Below the pieces are notes generated by a model, which was not told where the DNA came from, made no database searches, and was given only the letters and a program-made list of their open reading frames with translations. A program made the translations under genes and the position numbers. DNA of 64,000 nt from Raillietiella orientalis (Eukaryota): positions 124,001 to 188,000 of the forward strand of contig JAYWIR010000068.1 of the NCBI GenBank assembly GCA_036172245.1. The letters run 5' to 3'. Below, in pieces: positions 14,101-27,122 of the stretch. Position 1 is the first letter of the stretch, and each line of letters begins with the position of its first letter.

Positions 14101-14697
14101 CGCCATCACATGCATACCAGCAATTATTCAAAACATTTTGTTTTCAATTTAGTTTAGGCTCAAAACACCCTTTGAAAAAAACTATGCTATGTACCACATA
14201 ATCATACCACTATCTTTTGCCTTTAACGTCTTCAGTGAACAGCTACTGCTTAACAATTTTTCACATCAATGCTTCAATGCACACTACTGAACACAAGAAT
14301 GTTGCAATACACTTCATCCATCCAACGTCAGTTTTCCCCAATTCTTTTTAATTTTTTTAGCATTCTAAATCGTTCAACAAATGTGTACATATACACATTT
14401 CCAATCTTATCAAACCTTTTAATCCTATGAAGGCCTATTTAATTGTGTTACTTGCAAATTCTGACTGCAAGTCAAATTTGGTTACTCTATCTCGTCAACT
14501 AATAGTACTAAGCGAGCACACACTTCTTTAGGAAAGAAACAATCCCAGTAAATAAAACCCATTCTCCTTCACAATCTGATAATGTGAAACTTACCATGTT
14601 CGGATATCTGGCTATCTGCCTTCGCATATGCTTGTTGAATCATGGACTCATTTTCTCCCAAAAGCATGGATTTGTTGCTGTGACTTTTTTTTTTCAT
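8135..14697 (-). CDS. UBTF: Nucleolar transcription factor 1 (UBF)-like protein: N-terminal dimerisation domain plus about 5 HMG boxes, spliced, roughly 600 aa
   Basis: Exons 14697-14595, 12142-12033, 11986-11840, then 10078 onward through several short exons to TAA at 8135, all with GT-AG ends and a consistent frame. WTKDDLCTLLQKISEQLPEVD...CKNKWQEIQSCLRKFRTLNELIEDARQWVENP matches the vertebrate UBF N-terminus (WSQEDMLTLL...RKFRTLTELILDA). HPDMPKKP and LLTKDER...GKPEKPPKSGYGLFC match UBF HMG boxes. The first exon and start codon are less certain. Confidence 0.88.
10400..11593 (-). mobile_element. Decayed Hsmar1-like (cecropia-type) mariner transposon inside a UBF intron
   Basis: The left end on the minus strand reads TATTCGGTTGGTGCAAGGAAAGCAATTGCAGTTTTT, close to the Hsmar1/MADE1 TIR; a degenerate right TIR lies at 10400-10412. 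The transposase remnant has stops and frameshifts: GRPSA, EEAEELSVGHATVVR, PFLDRIV, VLLHEEARPH, RPPHAPGLSPTECHFF, FYLLGINKLVSHWDKCVQASGLSFD*. Confidence 0.88.
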
Positions 14698-16899
14698 AAG
14701 AAATATCGAAGAACAAACACTGTTTTAAGGAGGTAACAATATTTTGAAAAAAAAATCCTTTACATCAAGAACGCAAACGCTTTTTATGTAGAATTAGTCT
14801 TGTAAGCAAATGAACACGCTTTGCAATGTGGAGGCTGCCAACAAAACTAGAAATATTTAATGCTGTGAAACAATACAGAAGTATGAGCTACAATACATGC
14901 ACACCCTAAAACTATCCGCACAAACGTAGGCTTAGTTGAAGTGCATGAGCACACGTGTGTACTTCAATTAAGGGTGTAGAGAAAAGAACACTTTAAACGT
15001 CAAAACCATATTAAAAACTTTCCATGCGAGCACTGCAATTTACGCTGGAAAAGGCTTCTGGAGTTATTACAAACCACGTGCAAACCCACGTGGACCACAC
15101 GATGAGAAAAACAATTTGGTATCGGAAGCAATCAGCAATTTGAAAACTAGGCCCGCTAACGAACGCTAACAACTGTCAGGGTGACCAAAATTTTCTAGAG
15201 AGAAAGGAGAGGGGAAAAAAAAAAAGGATGGTCATGCAGGAACATTCCAAACACAAATGCATCCAATAAGCTATTAACCAAACACTTCATATGACAGATT
15301 GCATTTCATAAAAATGAAGCTAATCTGATGCAAAAAAGGTTCATATTTTGTCTTCATTTGAGAATGATAACCCAAGAAACTATATAATCTAACAATACAT
15401 AGATTTTTAAATGCACTCAACTGACAGTTAATCAAAACTTGGAATTGGAATTCAAACTATCATCGAAACAAACATTGAAACTAACATCGAAAGAAGGATC
15501 GATCTAAGTGGTCAACAGGATGAAATTCAATCAATTTCTTTTACAAAATAAATTGACAACGTCAAATTTTAAAGGGGCTGATTTTATTTTATGAAAATTA
15601 AGCCAATGAAAATTTCGAAAATTTTATTTGAAAATTATGCATAACACAACTTTGAAAGATGAATAGCTTGCTGCGGTGCTGATAAATTTTCTGATGAGAT
15701 GTTGACATGCAATTATGAGGCTAAAAAGAATTGCGAAATAAAATGGAGCAAATACCATGGAAAGCTACTTAGACTACGAAGTGAACACTGATATCAAAAG
15801 CACAGTGAAAATTATCCTGATATGAGAGAGATCATAGTCTATAATATTATAAGTCTTTCTCATGAAAGACGGCTCATATAGTTTTGGAAAAGATACAAAT
15901 AAAAACCACGAATGGGTTCAGAACATGTTTTTTTTTTAAAAAAAAGGAAGAAAAAACGCAATACGGCATAGCAAAGCATGAAAGCACAAGTTATCTATTC
16001 TTTAAGAACCCACGTCACGTGGGTGCAAGGCATGAACATTAATAATTAATGTTGAAGTATACTATTGCATTATCTTCAATGAAGACAACATTACAACTAA
16101 CCATTAACAAAAATGTACTCAACCAGTCAGGTGAATTTTCAACCTAAGTGACACTGAATTGAGTAACACAATTCAGTTTCAAATTTCCGGAAGCTGCTTT
16201 CACTTTACATAAACAAGAAACAGCGGACAAAACTTTGAACAAATGCATTTCTATTTTTAACAGTGTTGTGTTACCAGGAAAATTTTTGGAAGTAGCAAAA
16301 ACTGATGAAAGAATTCTGAACAGAACAAATGATCTCAAAATCTGTTATGAGGAATTTCGTATTCATAAAAGAGAAAGACTTCGTGGCTATTCGAGAATTC
16401 TGTGATGAAACATTGCTAGTGTTCACATACGTATTATGTGGATTTTGAAATACTGCATCATGAGCGAAATAAAAATGAAAATTACAGCGTTCATCTTGAA
16501 GATTATTTAATTACTTAAAAATACTGTATCTCGAGGAATGTCAATGAAATCACGAACAAGTAATGGCACTCGACAAGTTTTTGAAAAATCATGAATTTAG
16601 CTCACACATAACTTACAAGACCGAATACCTTATTAAGTGCTTTTTTTAACAGTGTTTTAAAGAATTAATACTGAAATTCCTCGAATGATGCACATCAATT
16701 AAATCCACGGCACTGCTTTCATGAACCGAAAGTTCGCGAAAATGATGGTTCAAGGAAAAATAAAGAAATTATTCCAACAATTCACAAGTAAGGAACATTC
16801 TGTGGATAGGAGATTTAAACTTGCTGCTTTAGTAAGCCGTTTACAAGAATAAAACGCCTACTTTGGAATCAAATGAGCTTTGAAGGCGGTTGTTGATTC

Positions 16900-17110
16900 C
16901 CCGAGTTCTTGCAAGTGGAAAACGGAATGGAGATGGCAATCCTGCCGGAGCGCGCAATTGTGCCTGAGCGAGCGAGCACCTGCGCTCCGCTCGTAATGGT
17001 TGCCAAAACAAATTGTGGACATGCAGCTGGGTGCGGCACTTTTCGGAAAAATTGGTTGAAAATGCTTCCTTTATTCGAAATCGACTAGAACTGCTTTGAA
17101 TTCTCACGTG
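16900..17110 (-). promoter_or_regulatory. CpG-rich patch, candidate UBF promoter or first non-coding exon
   Basis: Short CpG-dense segment (ccggagcgcgc...gagcgagcgagc) within AT-rich DNA, about 2.3 kb upstream of the UBF start exon. Inference from composition only. Confidence 0.25.
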
Positions 17111-17546
17111 TTGCTATGTCTCATCCTCAGAGTGTAATCGTAACCATGGAACAATAAAATGGTTGCCGTATAAGTAGGATGTTTGTGATCGTTTGTCTAC
17201 TATGGCATCCCCTCAAATTATTATTTTCTGCCGATGCTAAGTGGTCGAGGGATATTTATTTAGAAATCATTTTCCCCCCCTAGGATGCTCTGGGTAAAAG
17301 TTCCACGTTCCCTTTTGTTTCAAGCTAATGATCCGTTTCAAGCTAATGTTCAAGTAACTCCGATTTCTCACGCTCATAGTTAGTAAATGCCACAATAAGG
17401 TTTACTTGATTATTAAGCACATTTCCATGCATATTACTGAGAACAGCATTACTGACTTTGAATAAAGCCACATGGAAACATTATTGTTCGTTTTGTGTGA
17501 TTACAAATCTTGCATGCAAGGGGCTCTGGAGAGTCTTCCGCCGTTG

Positions 17547-19275
17547 CTATTTTCCCCGTGGCGCTTCGCTGATTTGCTCGAAATCCTGCGGAGGGAGATC
17601 ATTATCTAAGTGATCGACGAGGCTGTCGTTTTTCTTCTTCACGTGGGTTGCATAAATGGCGCTTGAGTACCGGATACAGGTGGCCACCATCCGCTGTCTC
17701 AGCCCCACGAGCCTGCTCTTCGGTATTCCTAGGTACTGGATTACTTGTTCATTAGCAGGATCCCATGCTGCCAGAGAGGCGAGGATGATCGCATGTAATT
17801 TTCTTTGTTTTCCACTACTCCCGAGTTGCAATACGATATCTTTATGATTCTCTTCTTTGTTTTTTCTGGCTGTGCTGAACGCCTCCTTGCCATTTTCATA
17901 TGGGTAGCAGAAGTCCCGCAGACTTATTCGATTTTCTTTTTCTAAAACCAGGTCCGGTCTCAGGTTGGAAGTGGTTCCTGGAACTCTCCGGTTGCTTGAG
18001 ATAAGACTCCACTTTGCCTCATCCACTGCGGCCTTCTTGATGATCTCTTGGATCGAATCATGACGCCGCATCGTCAGAGGAACATTTGTTTGGCACGTGG
18101 GATAGCGTTTCGTCCTCTTTCCCTCATCGGCCGGCATGTGCGTTCATGTCCTTTTTTGTTTGGTCCAGCGTTGATTTGCAGTGAGTTTAGTCTTGCTGCA
18201 AGGATAAACTTGTAATCCTGAAATCTCATGTGGATTCGGTTCGCGTGAAAAAAGCTCGAGGAGTGATGGATGCCCACACACTGCATGAGTTTGCCTTGGC
18301 TAATGTGGTTGTGGATTAGGGATCGCCTTGCGTGTTCCCTCTGCAATGATCTCACGCCGGAGATGATCTTCCTTCTTGTTGCGCTGGTAAACATTATACA
18401 GGGTTCTCCTCGTTGAAATTCCCAGTGGGCTTTGACTTTTCTAGAGGCCTTCCTTCCTTTCGTCCAGGGACTCTCTATATCATTTCCGGGTTGTGCGGTT
18501 TTCTTGTGTAGAGTACCGGTCATGAATTCCCCGAGAGTTTCATGTGTCAGGACTTCATGGGTTCGTTTTTGGACTGTTTCTTCCGAGGTATTGTGTGCTA
18601 ACTTCCTTACCGCGTTGTCTAGTGAGATGAGAAGTTTGAAGCAGCCATCCATGGTGAAGAGCTTCATTAGTCCTAGGCAGCCTTTACTCCTTTCTCCATA
18701 CAAGTACTCATTGGCTGCCCCGGGTGGTAGGTGTAAGGCCTTCTTTATTTTCTTCCTGACTTTTTCGTCTGCATGCTGACACTCTTCTTTTCGATGAGTT
18801 CCCAGCCTCTCGTGATGAACTAGGCTGGGGTACAAGAAGGTTTTCAAAGCGTCCATCTTCTGCCATCCTGAGAGTTCGCTCTCTACTATGGCTTTCGTCT
18901 TCTGCCAGATGTCCTCCTTGGATGAATTGAGACGAGGATCGAATACCTTAAACCAAAGGGTCTTCCCAAGTATTTGTGTGCGTGTGTTGAGGCAATACAA
19001 GGAATTTCCCCCTCTTTCAGCTGGATTTGCACCTCGCTTGGACCTTTCGGAGTCTTCCCGCTGTAGAATAACGAGGCGCATTTATCCAGGTTGATGGATA
19101 GACCGGCTTGCTCTACTAAATTTTGGAAATGTGCCACCATTTCTTTGACTACTGATACTTCTTTGCCCAGCATGACCACATAGTCGGCGTAGGCCGGTAT
19201 CGCTTCCTCCCCATAGTATTGTCTCATTGAGCGGAGGATGGGTTCTATAGCGATGATAAATAGGAGTGAGCAATG
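17547..19275 (-). mobile_element. 5'-truncated, frameshifted non-LTR retrotransposon with RT and restriction-like endonuclease (Utopia/NeSL-like, R2 group)
   Basis: RT remnants LLFIIAIEPILR, AYADY, GLSINLDKCASL, KYLGRPFG. Thumb/linker WQKMDALKTFLYPSL, EYLYG...GCLGL, QGKLMQCV...FILAARLN. RLE region RHDSI, LRPDLV, YPYENG..AF..AR..K. Spread over three overlapping ORFs (17547-18137, 18074-19081, 18886-19227). Confidence 0.9.
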
Positions 19276-19349
19276 TTACATTCCGGTCGTAATAGAGTTT
19301 TCGTAACGAATATACAGAGAACGTCCCCAAGTGTTACATTTGTCATTTT

Positions 19350-19900
19350 CTCTCACCTGATAGCCAAACAATCCGTTGCTTGCAACGCGTTGATCAAAAA
19401 CTTATTGAGGAATTAAGAAATCTCGGTAGTAAATGGTTTTCAAGATGCTTTGGTGTCTCATCACGCGTTCTTCACTATTTCTTTTAAACCAGTAGCTTTA
19501 GATTTGGTAGATTTACAGCATCACTTCAAAGTGACCGTTTCTATGAATGGCATTCTGCAAGATCTCGATGGCTTTGCAAATGATCGCTGGAATCCTGCGG
19601 AAACCAACCTCACAGAGGAGGCGGAGTGTCTTGGGAAGAAGAAGAGTGGTCACCGAGCAGGCTGAGTCACGAACAAACACCGGGAATTTTGAGGCTCCTC
19701 ATTCGTCTTTGGGGTGTGTCGGCTACTTCCAGTGTGGACAGCAGCAAAAAGGTCTCTGTCATTGTGAGATTCCGTTCAGCTGGCGGTGCACGGCACCATT
19801 TCTTCATTTTTTTGGTTGTCCGTACACAAATCAGGAGCAGCTCAGTCTGTCCACTTCCAGATGAAAAGAAAAAGAAGTTGCAATTTGAATTCAAATCTGA
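19350..19900 (-). mobile_element. Decayed mariner-like N-terminal fragment
   Basis: MKKWCR, VHTGSSRHTPKTNEE (cf. PRSGRPRTSTTDEN) and EVGFRRIPA (cf. LGFRKVSA) occur in order; weak. Confidence 0.25.
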
Positions 19901-19914
19901 AATTAAGCGATTTT

Positions 19915-19917
<3 letters not shown>

Positions 19918-19951
<34 letters not shown>
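19918..19951. repeat. (GT)n microsatellite
   Basis: Uninterrupted GT dinucleotide run seen directly. Confidence 0.95.
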
Positions 19952-19953
<2 letters not shown>

Positions 19954-20699
19954 AAAAAAAAAAAATCCCTTTTTCGATGAAGGCACGGTAAGTATACTTA
20001 TTCAGCATCTCCGTGGAAGATTGGGGATCATTTGGGGATTTTCCATACTGGGGAAATGATCTTATTTTAGGGGTCCCAATTAGGTTAGAGTGCACTTTTG
20101 AACACAGTGGCAATGCTTCGATATTCCCGAGGACTTTGTGTGAATTTTCCCAAAGGCCACAGAGATTCCTGGAATTTGCCCACGCAATTTGTTTTTCCTC
20201 TTGAAAAAAGAAAAGAAAAAAAAAAAGTTCCTCAAAAACGAAATTCTGCGAATTTGGTTTTCACATTTGGTTTGCTTGTTTTTAATTTCATCTTTTGCTT
20301 TTGTCCTTCTAAATCTGAAAGGCAATATCGGGAATTTGTGCGTGGAAACGATTATTTCGAGATGTTGGAGGTGCGAACGGATTCGGCATTGAGGAGCTCC
20401 AAAGTGATCGTTTACTAACCGAGTTGGGGTTTTCCAGCTCGAGGAACCCCAAATCCATGAAGGCTTCAAGAAAGAATGAGCCGAATGCATCGGATGTGGC
20501 ACTTGATGGAAAAGAATCGCGTGAAGCAGAAATAGATGAATGGTTCCCTTTTAAAAAAAGATGCGACCCTTAAAGAGAAAACATAGATGAATTAACAGAG
20601 TCACTCGCAAGGTTCGGAGGAGTTTTTCTGGAATGTTCACAGCAGCAGCACCGACGAATTGCCTGGGCGTCTTAAAGCTCCAGTAAAACGTCCACTGGA

Positions 20700-23300
20700 G
20701 TTCTATCGTAGTACATGGATGGTCAGAGCCTTCCTAGGGAATTCTCCTCACTACTTGTCTTTGCAAACTTCTGGCTCTTCGGCCAGCTGGCACCGCAGCG
20801 TACACTCTGCGGCGACTGATGCCTTCCGGCTCACTGGGGGAAGGGGGGGGGGGGGAGAACTTTCGCTGTCCCACCAGCGCCTCAGACTCCGGTGAACGCA
20901 GACGTTGAGTATGGCAAGCAGAAGACCGAAATCCCCCTAGGCGGCGTCCTCTTCGGTGAAGCCGGGCCGCTCCACGTTCAGATGCCGGACCGAGGAGCAC
21001 ACCGTCTTTGGCTCACGTCCTGCCGAGAGGCGTGAGACTCCTTCTCCCTCCTTCCGATCCCGGTCGCGAGTGCACGCGGTCGAAAACTCTCGGAAGAAGG
21101 GATGACCCCCAGCCCGCTCATCTGTGGGCTCCGGGAGTGAATGCCCATCCCCCTCTGGTACCCAGTCCTTCATTCAGGAAATTCTTTTCTGGAGGGAAGA
21201 TGCCTGCTGAAAAATCTCTTTCCTTTGCCCCTTCCCTGCTTCCTCGGTGCCGTCGGCTCCTCCATTCGCGTTCGCTCGGTGGGAGCCTCTCGCGGTCGAC
21301 TTCGTCAACGTTTACCGCTCCTGGCATCTAACGGAGACTTTCGCAACTTGGCTGGGCAGCCATCGTCCGCTCAATGCCCGTACGCCCGAAATGCGCTCGC
21401 TATCCGGGCTGGTAAGCGGCCTTCCCCGGACGGATGCGAGCACGGAGAAACAGGAGCGGAAAGGCTTGGCCAGCGTCCAGAACCCTTCCACGTCTCGCAG
21501 CAGGCGGCACTCCGCATTCACGGAGGAGAGATGGAGTCAGGTAGCTGGAATAGCAGCAAGAGAATAGGGTACAGTGGCGCAGAGGGTGGTCAGTCCTGGA
21601 GGAAGTCGTCGGCGTACCCGGGAAATCTACCATCTCCCAGGACTCCACCTGCTGTCGCGCGACCCCTTTTGCCGGCGCGAGAGCCCTGAGAGACAGTCGC
21701 GGGCACTGAAATCGACCCACTCCTCACGAGTCCCGTGTCGGAGTGGCAGAGAGATGGGCGCAGCCGCCTCGGCGTGCGCTAAGAAAGGGAGGAACCGGGA
21801 ACGCGCGCGCGCGATGTCTTTCTTTGTCTCCTTGTCCGGGCAAGGAGCTACGACTGAGCCATTGGCCGCCCCGGGGCAACGGGCCGGTGCCATCGCCCTT
21901 CCATCCCGGAGCTGGGGGTCTTGGATGCTACCTGCCCTCTTTCGTTGCTTAGGCAAACTGCTGGACTCTCTCAGGATGCTCCGGAATTTCACGGCTCCCC
22001 CACTTCGAGCGGGCGATTCGGGGATCGCGAATTCACACGGAGATGGCGCGCATGCGCGAGCCTCGTGAGCGCATCTCCGCGCCGGGCTCTCGATCTTAGC
22101 TCTCGCCAGTGAGTGCGGAGTAGTCGTCTCCGGAAGAACGCTGAGAGTGCGTGGTTCGCCTCCACTGCCGCTTTCGGGTCCGCCGTTTCCGAGCCACCTG
22201 GACGGTCCCGTGGAGAAAAATATCCGTGCGCCCCGGGAAGATTCTGGCTCTGCCACTTTCCTCCGTACCCTTCGGCTCCCGTCCACCTGCGTTCCTGGTT
22301 TTCCGGGACGTCCCTGGTCCCAGCCTTCCGGGACCATGAAGATTCTCACCGTCAGACACTCACCACCCGTGTTTCGTCTGCGGCCTTCGGAAAATCCAAC
22401 TGCTCTCTCCGGAAGGGAAATTCGATCGACGCTCCAAATAGGACTCTGAACACTCCCAGAATTCCGCGTGCTGACGGCAGTGGCAAGGAGGAGGAGCAGG
22501 CGAAGGAAGAAGATAATGGCGGTGGTGCCAGGCAGTGGCGCTGATGACGAAGAGGGAGAGGTGGAGAGAAACGGTTGACGTGGGGAGATAGGAGTTCCAT
22601 CTTCGCTGGTCCGGTCCAGCTGACTTCCTGCGCGTTCTGCGTTCGGGCCACAGGACGCCTCCAGGCAGGGCGAGTCTCCTCCGGCCCCGATGACCTACTT
22701 CCGCAGGCACGCCTCGGGGGCGCACCCTCAACCTGCTCCGTCCCTTCCGAGCGCAGGACTCTCAGGAGGATTCGCTGCTTTCCCGACTTCCCCAGCCACA
22801 TCCTTCCGCAGATACAAAGCGGCGCTTCTTCCAAGACTGCCAGTCGACCTGATAAAGGCGAATTTCTTTTCTTGTCTTTGGTCTTTTTCTTCCTCTTGCT
22901 GTTCGGCGCTCACTCGCGGCATAGCGCTTCCGCCGCCGGAGAGACGGCGCTCCGTATCGGGCTGGACGTTACTTCGGTCGGCGAAGAGATGGCGCTTCTT
23001 CCTGTCTCTCTGCAACCAGTTTCTTCGGAATGACGGGAACGTTCTGGAGCAGTTCCTTGCTCCTCCGACTACGGGTAGAGGTCGACTTGAGCGACCTCCT
23101 GCCGCAGCACCGATGCCTGAAGAGCGCAGAGTCCCTCCGCCTGCAACGCCTCACTCTGGACTCCTCCACCCACCCCTGACATGATTCCTCCCTTCTAGCG
23201 TGGATCAGGAGCTACCTGCCCATCGGGCATTCACCGAGGGAATTTTCGAGCACGATGAGAAGGAGGTTCATGAGGCCGCTGCGCTGTGACCTTTCCTCCT
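20700..23300 (-). mobile_element. Possible very decayed APE-type LINE (L1/Tx1-like) fossil
   Basis: Faint ordered motifs: PTTSSRTDH (cf. APE SRIDY), GFWTL (cf. GYWKLN), SSVRHLNVE (cf. SPGPDGLTVE), GLLLAILN. No intact ORF. Confidence 0.25.
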
Positions 23301-23899
23301 GATGCGAGTGCGAGGAGTGTCACGGGACAGACAGCTGAATGCTGCGCTTGGTGAGGTGGGAGGAGATCGGGCTGAGCGCCCAACCACCTCCGGAAGTGCC
23401 CGGAGGGGAAGGAAACCGCATGCGAGGGGCAGCAGCCGTGAGCTACGGGAGTGCTATACTCCGAGGATCAAGTCCCGGGGAATGAACAACAGGAGTGGAG
23501 CTGCTCATGCGACCTCGAGGGGAGGAGAATTCGCGCGATCACGGAGTCACGCCTGACCCAGAGGAGAGGAGAGCAGCTCCTCCTTTCGAGAGCCGGAAGT
23601 GCTGCTGTTCCAAAAGTCGGGACGAAGGTCATATGAAGAGAGCGGGAATGATCCGTACCTCCTCTCGGTCCGATCCGGGCAAGAGGGCCGGTTATTTTGG
23701 GTTTCCGATAGTTAAGGCATCTCCCGCTAGATGGGGACAGCGAGGGCGCGGAAGTCTCTTCCCGCTGTCCGACTCGGTGTTTGTCGATGGCGTGCACCCG
23801 GAGGCGAGCCCAGAAAAAAGTTCAGGTTGCTTCTCTTCTTCCCCTTCTGGAAAACGGGCTCGATGCGGAACGGGACTTTCTGGAACCACGGCAACCAAC

Positions 23900-25600
23900 C
23901 GCGACCCCTCCCTCTCAGCCGCGGAGCTTACGCGGGAAGCCGCGCGCGCGAAGCGACCGGAGAGCCGCATCTTCCCTCTGCCCCGCGGCGACCATCTCGC
24001 TACCCACCGCGCCGGCAGCTGCTGCGCGCTCCCTCCGGTCAGGTACGCAGCGGTCGCGCGTGCCTTCACCTCGGCAGCTGCGAACCGTCCGCCCGCACCT
24101 CCACCCTCTCCATCCCATCGCAGCTGGCGGGGCGGTCACGTGACCGCCGGACGGGGCGGCCGAGCCCTTCCGGCAAGCCGTGCCGCGAGCCAGCACAGCC
24201 AGTCTCCGCGCGCCGCACCTTTGACCTCCACCCCTTCTCCGGTTCCCCGGAGTTTGACCTGGCGAGCCCCCGTTCCGAGAAGCAGCCCACGGCACGTGGT
24301 CGCGGGTCCCTGCGTCGTCTACGAGTTCGCCATGCATCCGGGACGCGTGCCGCCACTGGCGCAGCCAGACAACCGAACGGAACGCGGGTGGACCACCTCG
24401 CTGGCGCGCTCCTGCCGCCAGCTGCCGGGCGAGGCAGGGTCTGCGACAAGAGAGGCGACCGAAGGCTCCCCCACCCCGCTCCTGCCGCCTGGCGGATCGC
24501 CGGCAAAACGAGCCGTCGGTCCCCCGCCTTCTTCATCTCCAGCTCCAGGCAACTGCGCCATCTGGCCGTCGCTGAAAGCATCTCCTTGTTCATTTCGCCC
24601 CGCCCGGAAGGATGCTCGTTCCGCTCCAGTCCTCCAGATGTCGCTCCTTTGTGCTCGGAGCCGAGAAACCGAATACCCGCTCGGGGGGAGGTGGGGGGGA
24701 AGGGGGCTATGAGGAGGGGGAGGAGTCGCCACCGCCTCCCGAGCGGCAGCTGCGCACCGCACCACCCGCCTCCCGGCCCAGCGGTCGGCGCATCCCCGGA
24801 GGCGCCGAAACGCGCGCGCACAAAAGCTGCAACCCGCCGTCGTCACGCCGCGCGCGACGCTCGGCTTTCCCGCGCGCTGCTAAAGACTTCGGGCGGGAAG
24901 CGGGAGCTATGTTCGGGAGACGCGCGCGATGGGGCGGGGTTTCCAGGGAAAGCGAGCGCGCGTGGCGGGCCCGCAGGCGAGTGAGGGAACGTGCGCAAGC
25001 ACGGGGAAAGGGTGCCCGCATCTGCAGCAGCAGCAGCCGCGCGATCCCTTCCCCGCGCTTTGGAAAGCTGCAGCGGGTCGTTTTTTTCCCCTCTCTGCGC
25101 ACTCCCTCCTCTCCCCACCAGGCAAAACGAAACGAAGGCGGGCGGGTGGGTGGGTGGTGGTGGTAAATTGAAAACATGCGGATGAGGTGGGTCGCTTCGA
25201 AACGTCCTGCATCCGCTGCTCAACTTGGCCAGCCGGGGAACGCACTGGTAACCCTGCTGCACGCAGCATCCCGGCCCTCCAGACGGACGCGCGCGCGAGC
25301 AGCAGTGCAGCGGTTCGGTAGCTCCTGGCAACGGCGGGCGCGTCAGGGAACCGCCATGTAGGTCTTCGGACTGCGAACGACGCTGAGGTCTGGGCGAGCC
25401 ATCTGGCGGCGGCAACCGACGCCTGGAGGAGGGGCGCGGCAACGCCCAGCCTGCCGGCCTCGTGGGCAACAGCTCGGCGCCATCGAACCGCAGCACTTCA
25501 AGCCCCATGCTAAGCCCTCGTCTCATGCTGGCAGACCTTGCCGGCGACAGCCACTTTCGTCCAGGCATGTCCTTCACGCACGTTGTTTGTCCCATTTTTC
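23900..25600 (-). mobile_element. Decayed, very GC-rich LINE reverse-transcriptase fossil (RTE/CR1-like)
   Basis: Ordered RT motifs across frames at 24150-24690: AGIRFLG (cf. RGISLL), ASFRAGRNEQGDAFSDGQM (cf. AGFRAGRSTIDQIFTLRQ), LEMKKAGDR (cf. IDFKKAFDR), GTRPGCM (cf. GVRQGC), RLAVLA (cf. DDLAVLA). Upstream extent uncertain. Confidence 0.5.
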
Positions 25601-26594
25601 ACCCTTCCCTCCCTCTTTCTTCGCTGCTGCCCTCTTTCGGAGTCTCCATCGTTTGTTCCGTTTTGCCGCCCGGCCCTGTCTCGCCCGCTGCAGGGCGTGG
25701 CCAGACAGCACGCTGCAAACCTTTTCAAACCTGCTTTCAGTCTTCTCTCAAAGGGTCATCACTCTCAGGAGGTCGCATCCCGAAGGGATCCGGAAGGGGG
25801 GAGGGAAGATCGGCGGTCAGCACCCGTGCCGACGGGTGTTTTTTTTTTTTTTTTTTTTTTCATGGCAACGGACGGCTAGGGCGCGCGCAGCAGCGAAACC
25901 CTCGTCCGGATGGTCCCCCCCCCCCCCCCCCCGTGCCACCAAACCACATTCGTCCCGCGACTCCGGGAGGCCTGGAGGAAGGGACTCCGAAGATCTCGCG
26001 CCGGGGACGCGCGCACCTCTCGAAAGATCGCCCGTGCTACGGCCGCGGGCTCAGCAGACTCCGGGAGAAGACTCGGTCCGAGGCATCTCCGAGGCCTGGG
26101 GACACCGAAGCTGGCCGCGCTCCAGCGCCGATAGGTTCCCCCGCAGCCCCCGGGGGGATCCACCGTAGGCAAGCAACAGCAGGAGCGGGATCCCCTTCTT
26201 TCGCCGAGACCTCGGAGCGCAGGTGGCTCCGGAGGCACCAGCGTACGGTGGAATGGGACCGTTGGATCGCTGGTGCTCCCCACCCTCCGAGGACAGCTGC
26301 CGCCAACGACGAAGACTCCCTTCGGATAGGGAGCTTCCGCATACCACGGGGGAAGGAAGGGGAGCTGTGAAACCGATCTTGAGATCAGCGCCTTCAACCC
26401 CCCCCCCCCCTCCCGCCTTCCCGCGAACTGCCGCGGAGGGCACGCCTCCTGGTCGGGTGCTTCTCGCTTCGCCCGCTGGATCGCTCAGGCGCGGGAGTTC
26501 CGACATCATCCACGCGTCCGGAGCGCGACCTCGTGTGAGTCATGCCCACCCTCCTCTCTTGTGGGGCGCTGAATGGGGCCGCAAAGGCCCAGTG

Positions 26595-26760
26595 GTACCA
26601 CCACCACTACGTTCGTTGCCGGCCATCACCATCACTATGGTCGCCACTGCTGACCACCTCCACCACTACCACCATCACCATAGTCACTACGATTACCGGC
26701 ACCACCACCACCAACACCACCCCGCTCCATCGCCACCACCCTCGTCATTGTGACGATCAC
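26595..26760. repeat. Imperfect (CAC/CAY)n trinucleotide tract downstream of the scabrous-like gene
   Basis: Runs such as caccactaccaccatcaccat seen directly. Confidence 0.8.
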
Positions 26761-27122
26761 AATCAGCACCGTGGTCAAGGAAAGCAGTCGCTGGACCCAC
26801 ACCCAACCACTCCGAGCAGCGCGCCAAGGAGGCAACGACCGTCTTCCGGTGACCGATTCCGACGGGAAGGCATCGGCGCTTCCGGCGGTCCCACCGACCG
26901 CGGCCCGCTGCGACCCCCCGAGTCCATGGCTGCCGTACTCTTTTTTTTTTTTATTCGTCCACCGCGTCGTCCGGCCACCGCGCGGTCGGGTCGTCTCTCG
27001 GTGACTCCGAGTGCCCGGGGCCGCCTCGGGACCCCGGGACGGACTAGTGTGCAGAGAGGGGTCTCGCGGGGAGGCGGGCGGGCGGAGGGGTCTGCCCTCC
27101 CCCCCCCCGCCGCCTTTGGCGA

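Noticed and set aside
21595..21635. GYADDF as an RT catalytic motif
   Set aside because: Isolated, followed by a stop, and with no flanking RT motifs in the right order.
23495..26753. Several 300-400 aa Arg/Pro/Ala/Gly-rich ORFs
   Set aside because: Open in multiple frames on both strands because of high GC. No domain or splice support; partly explained by a decayed LINE.
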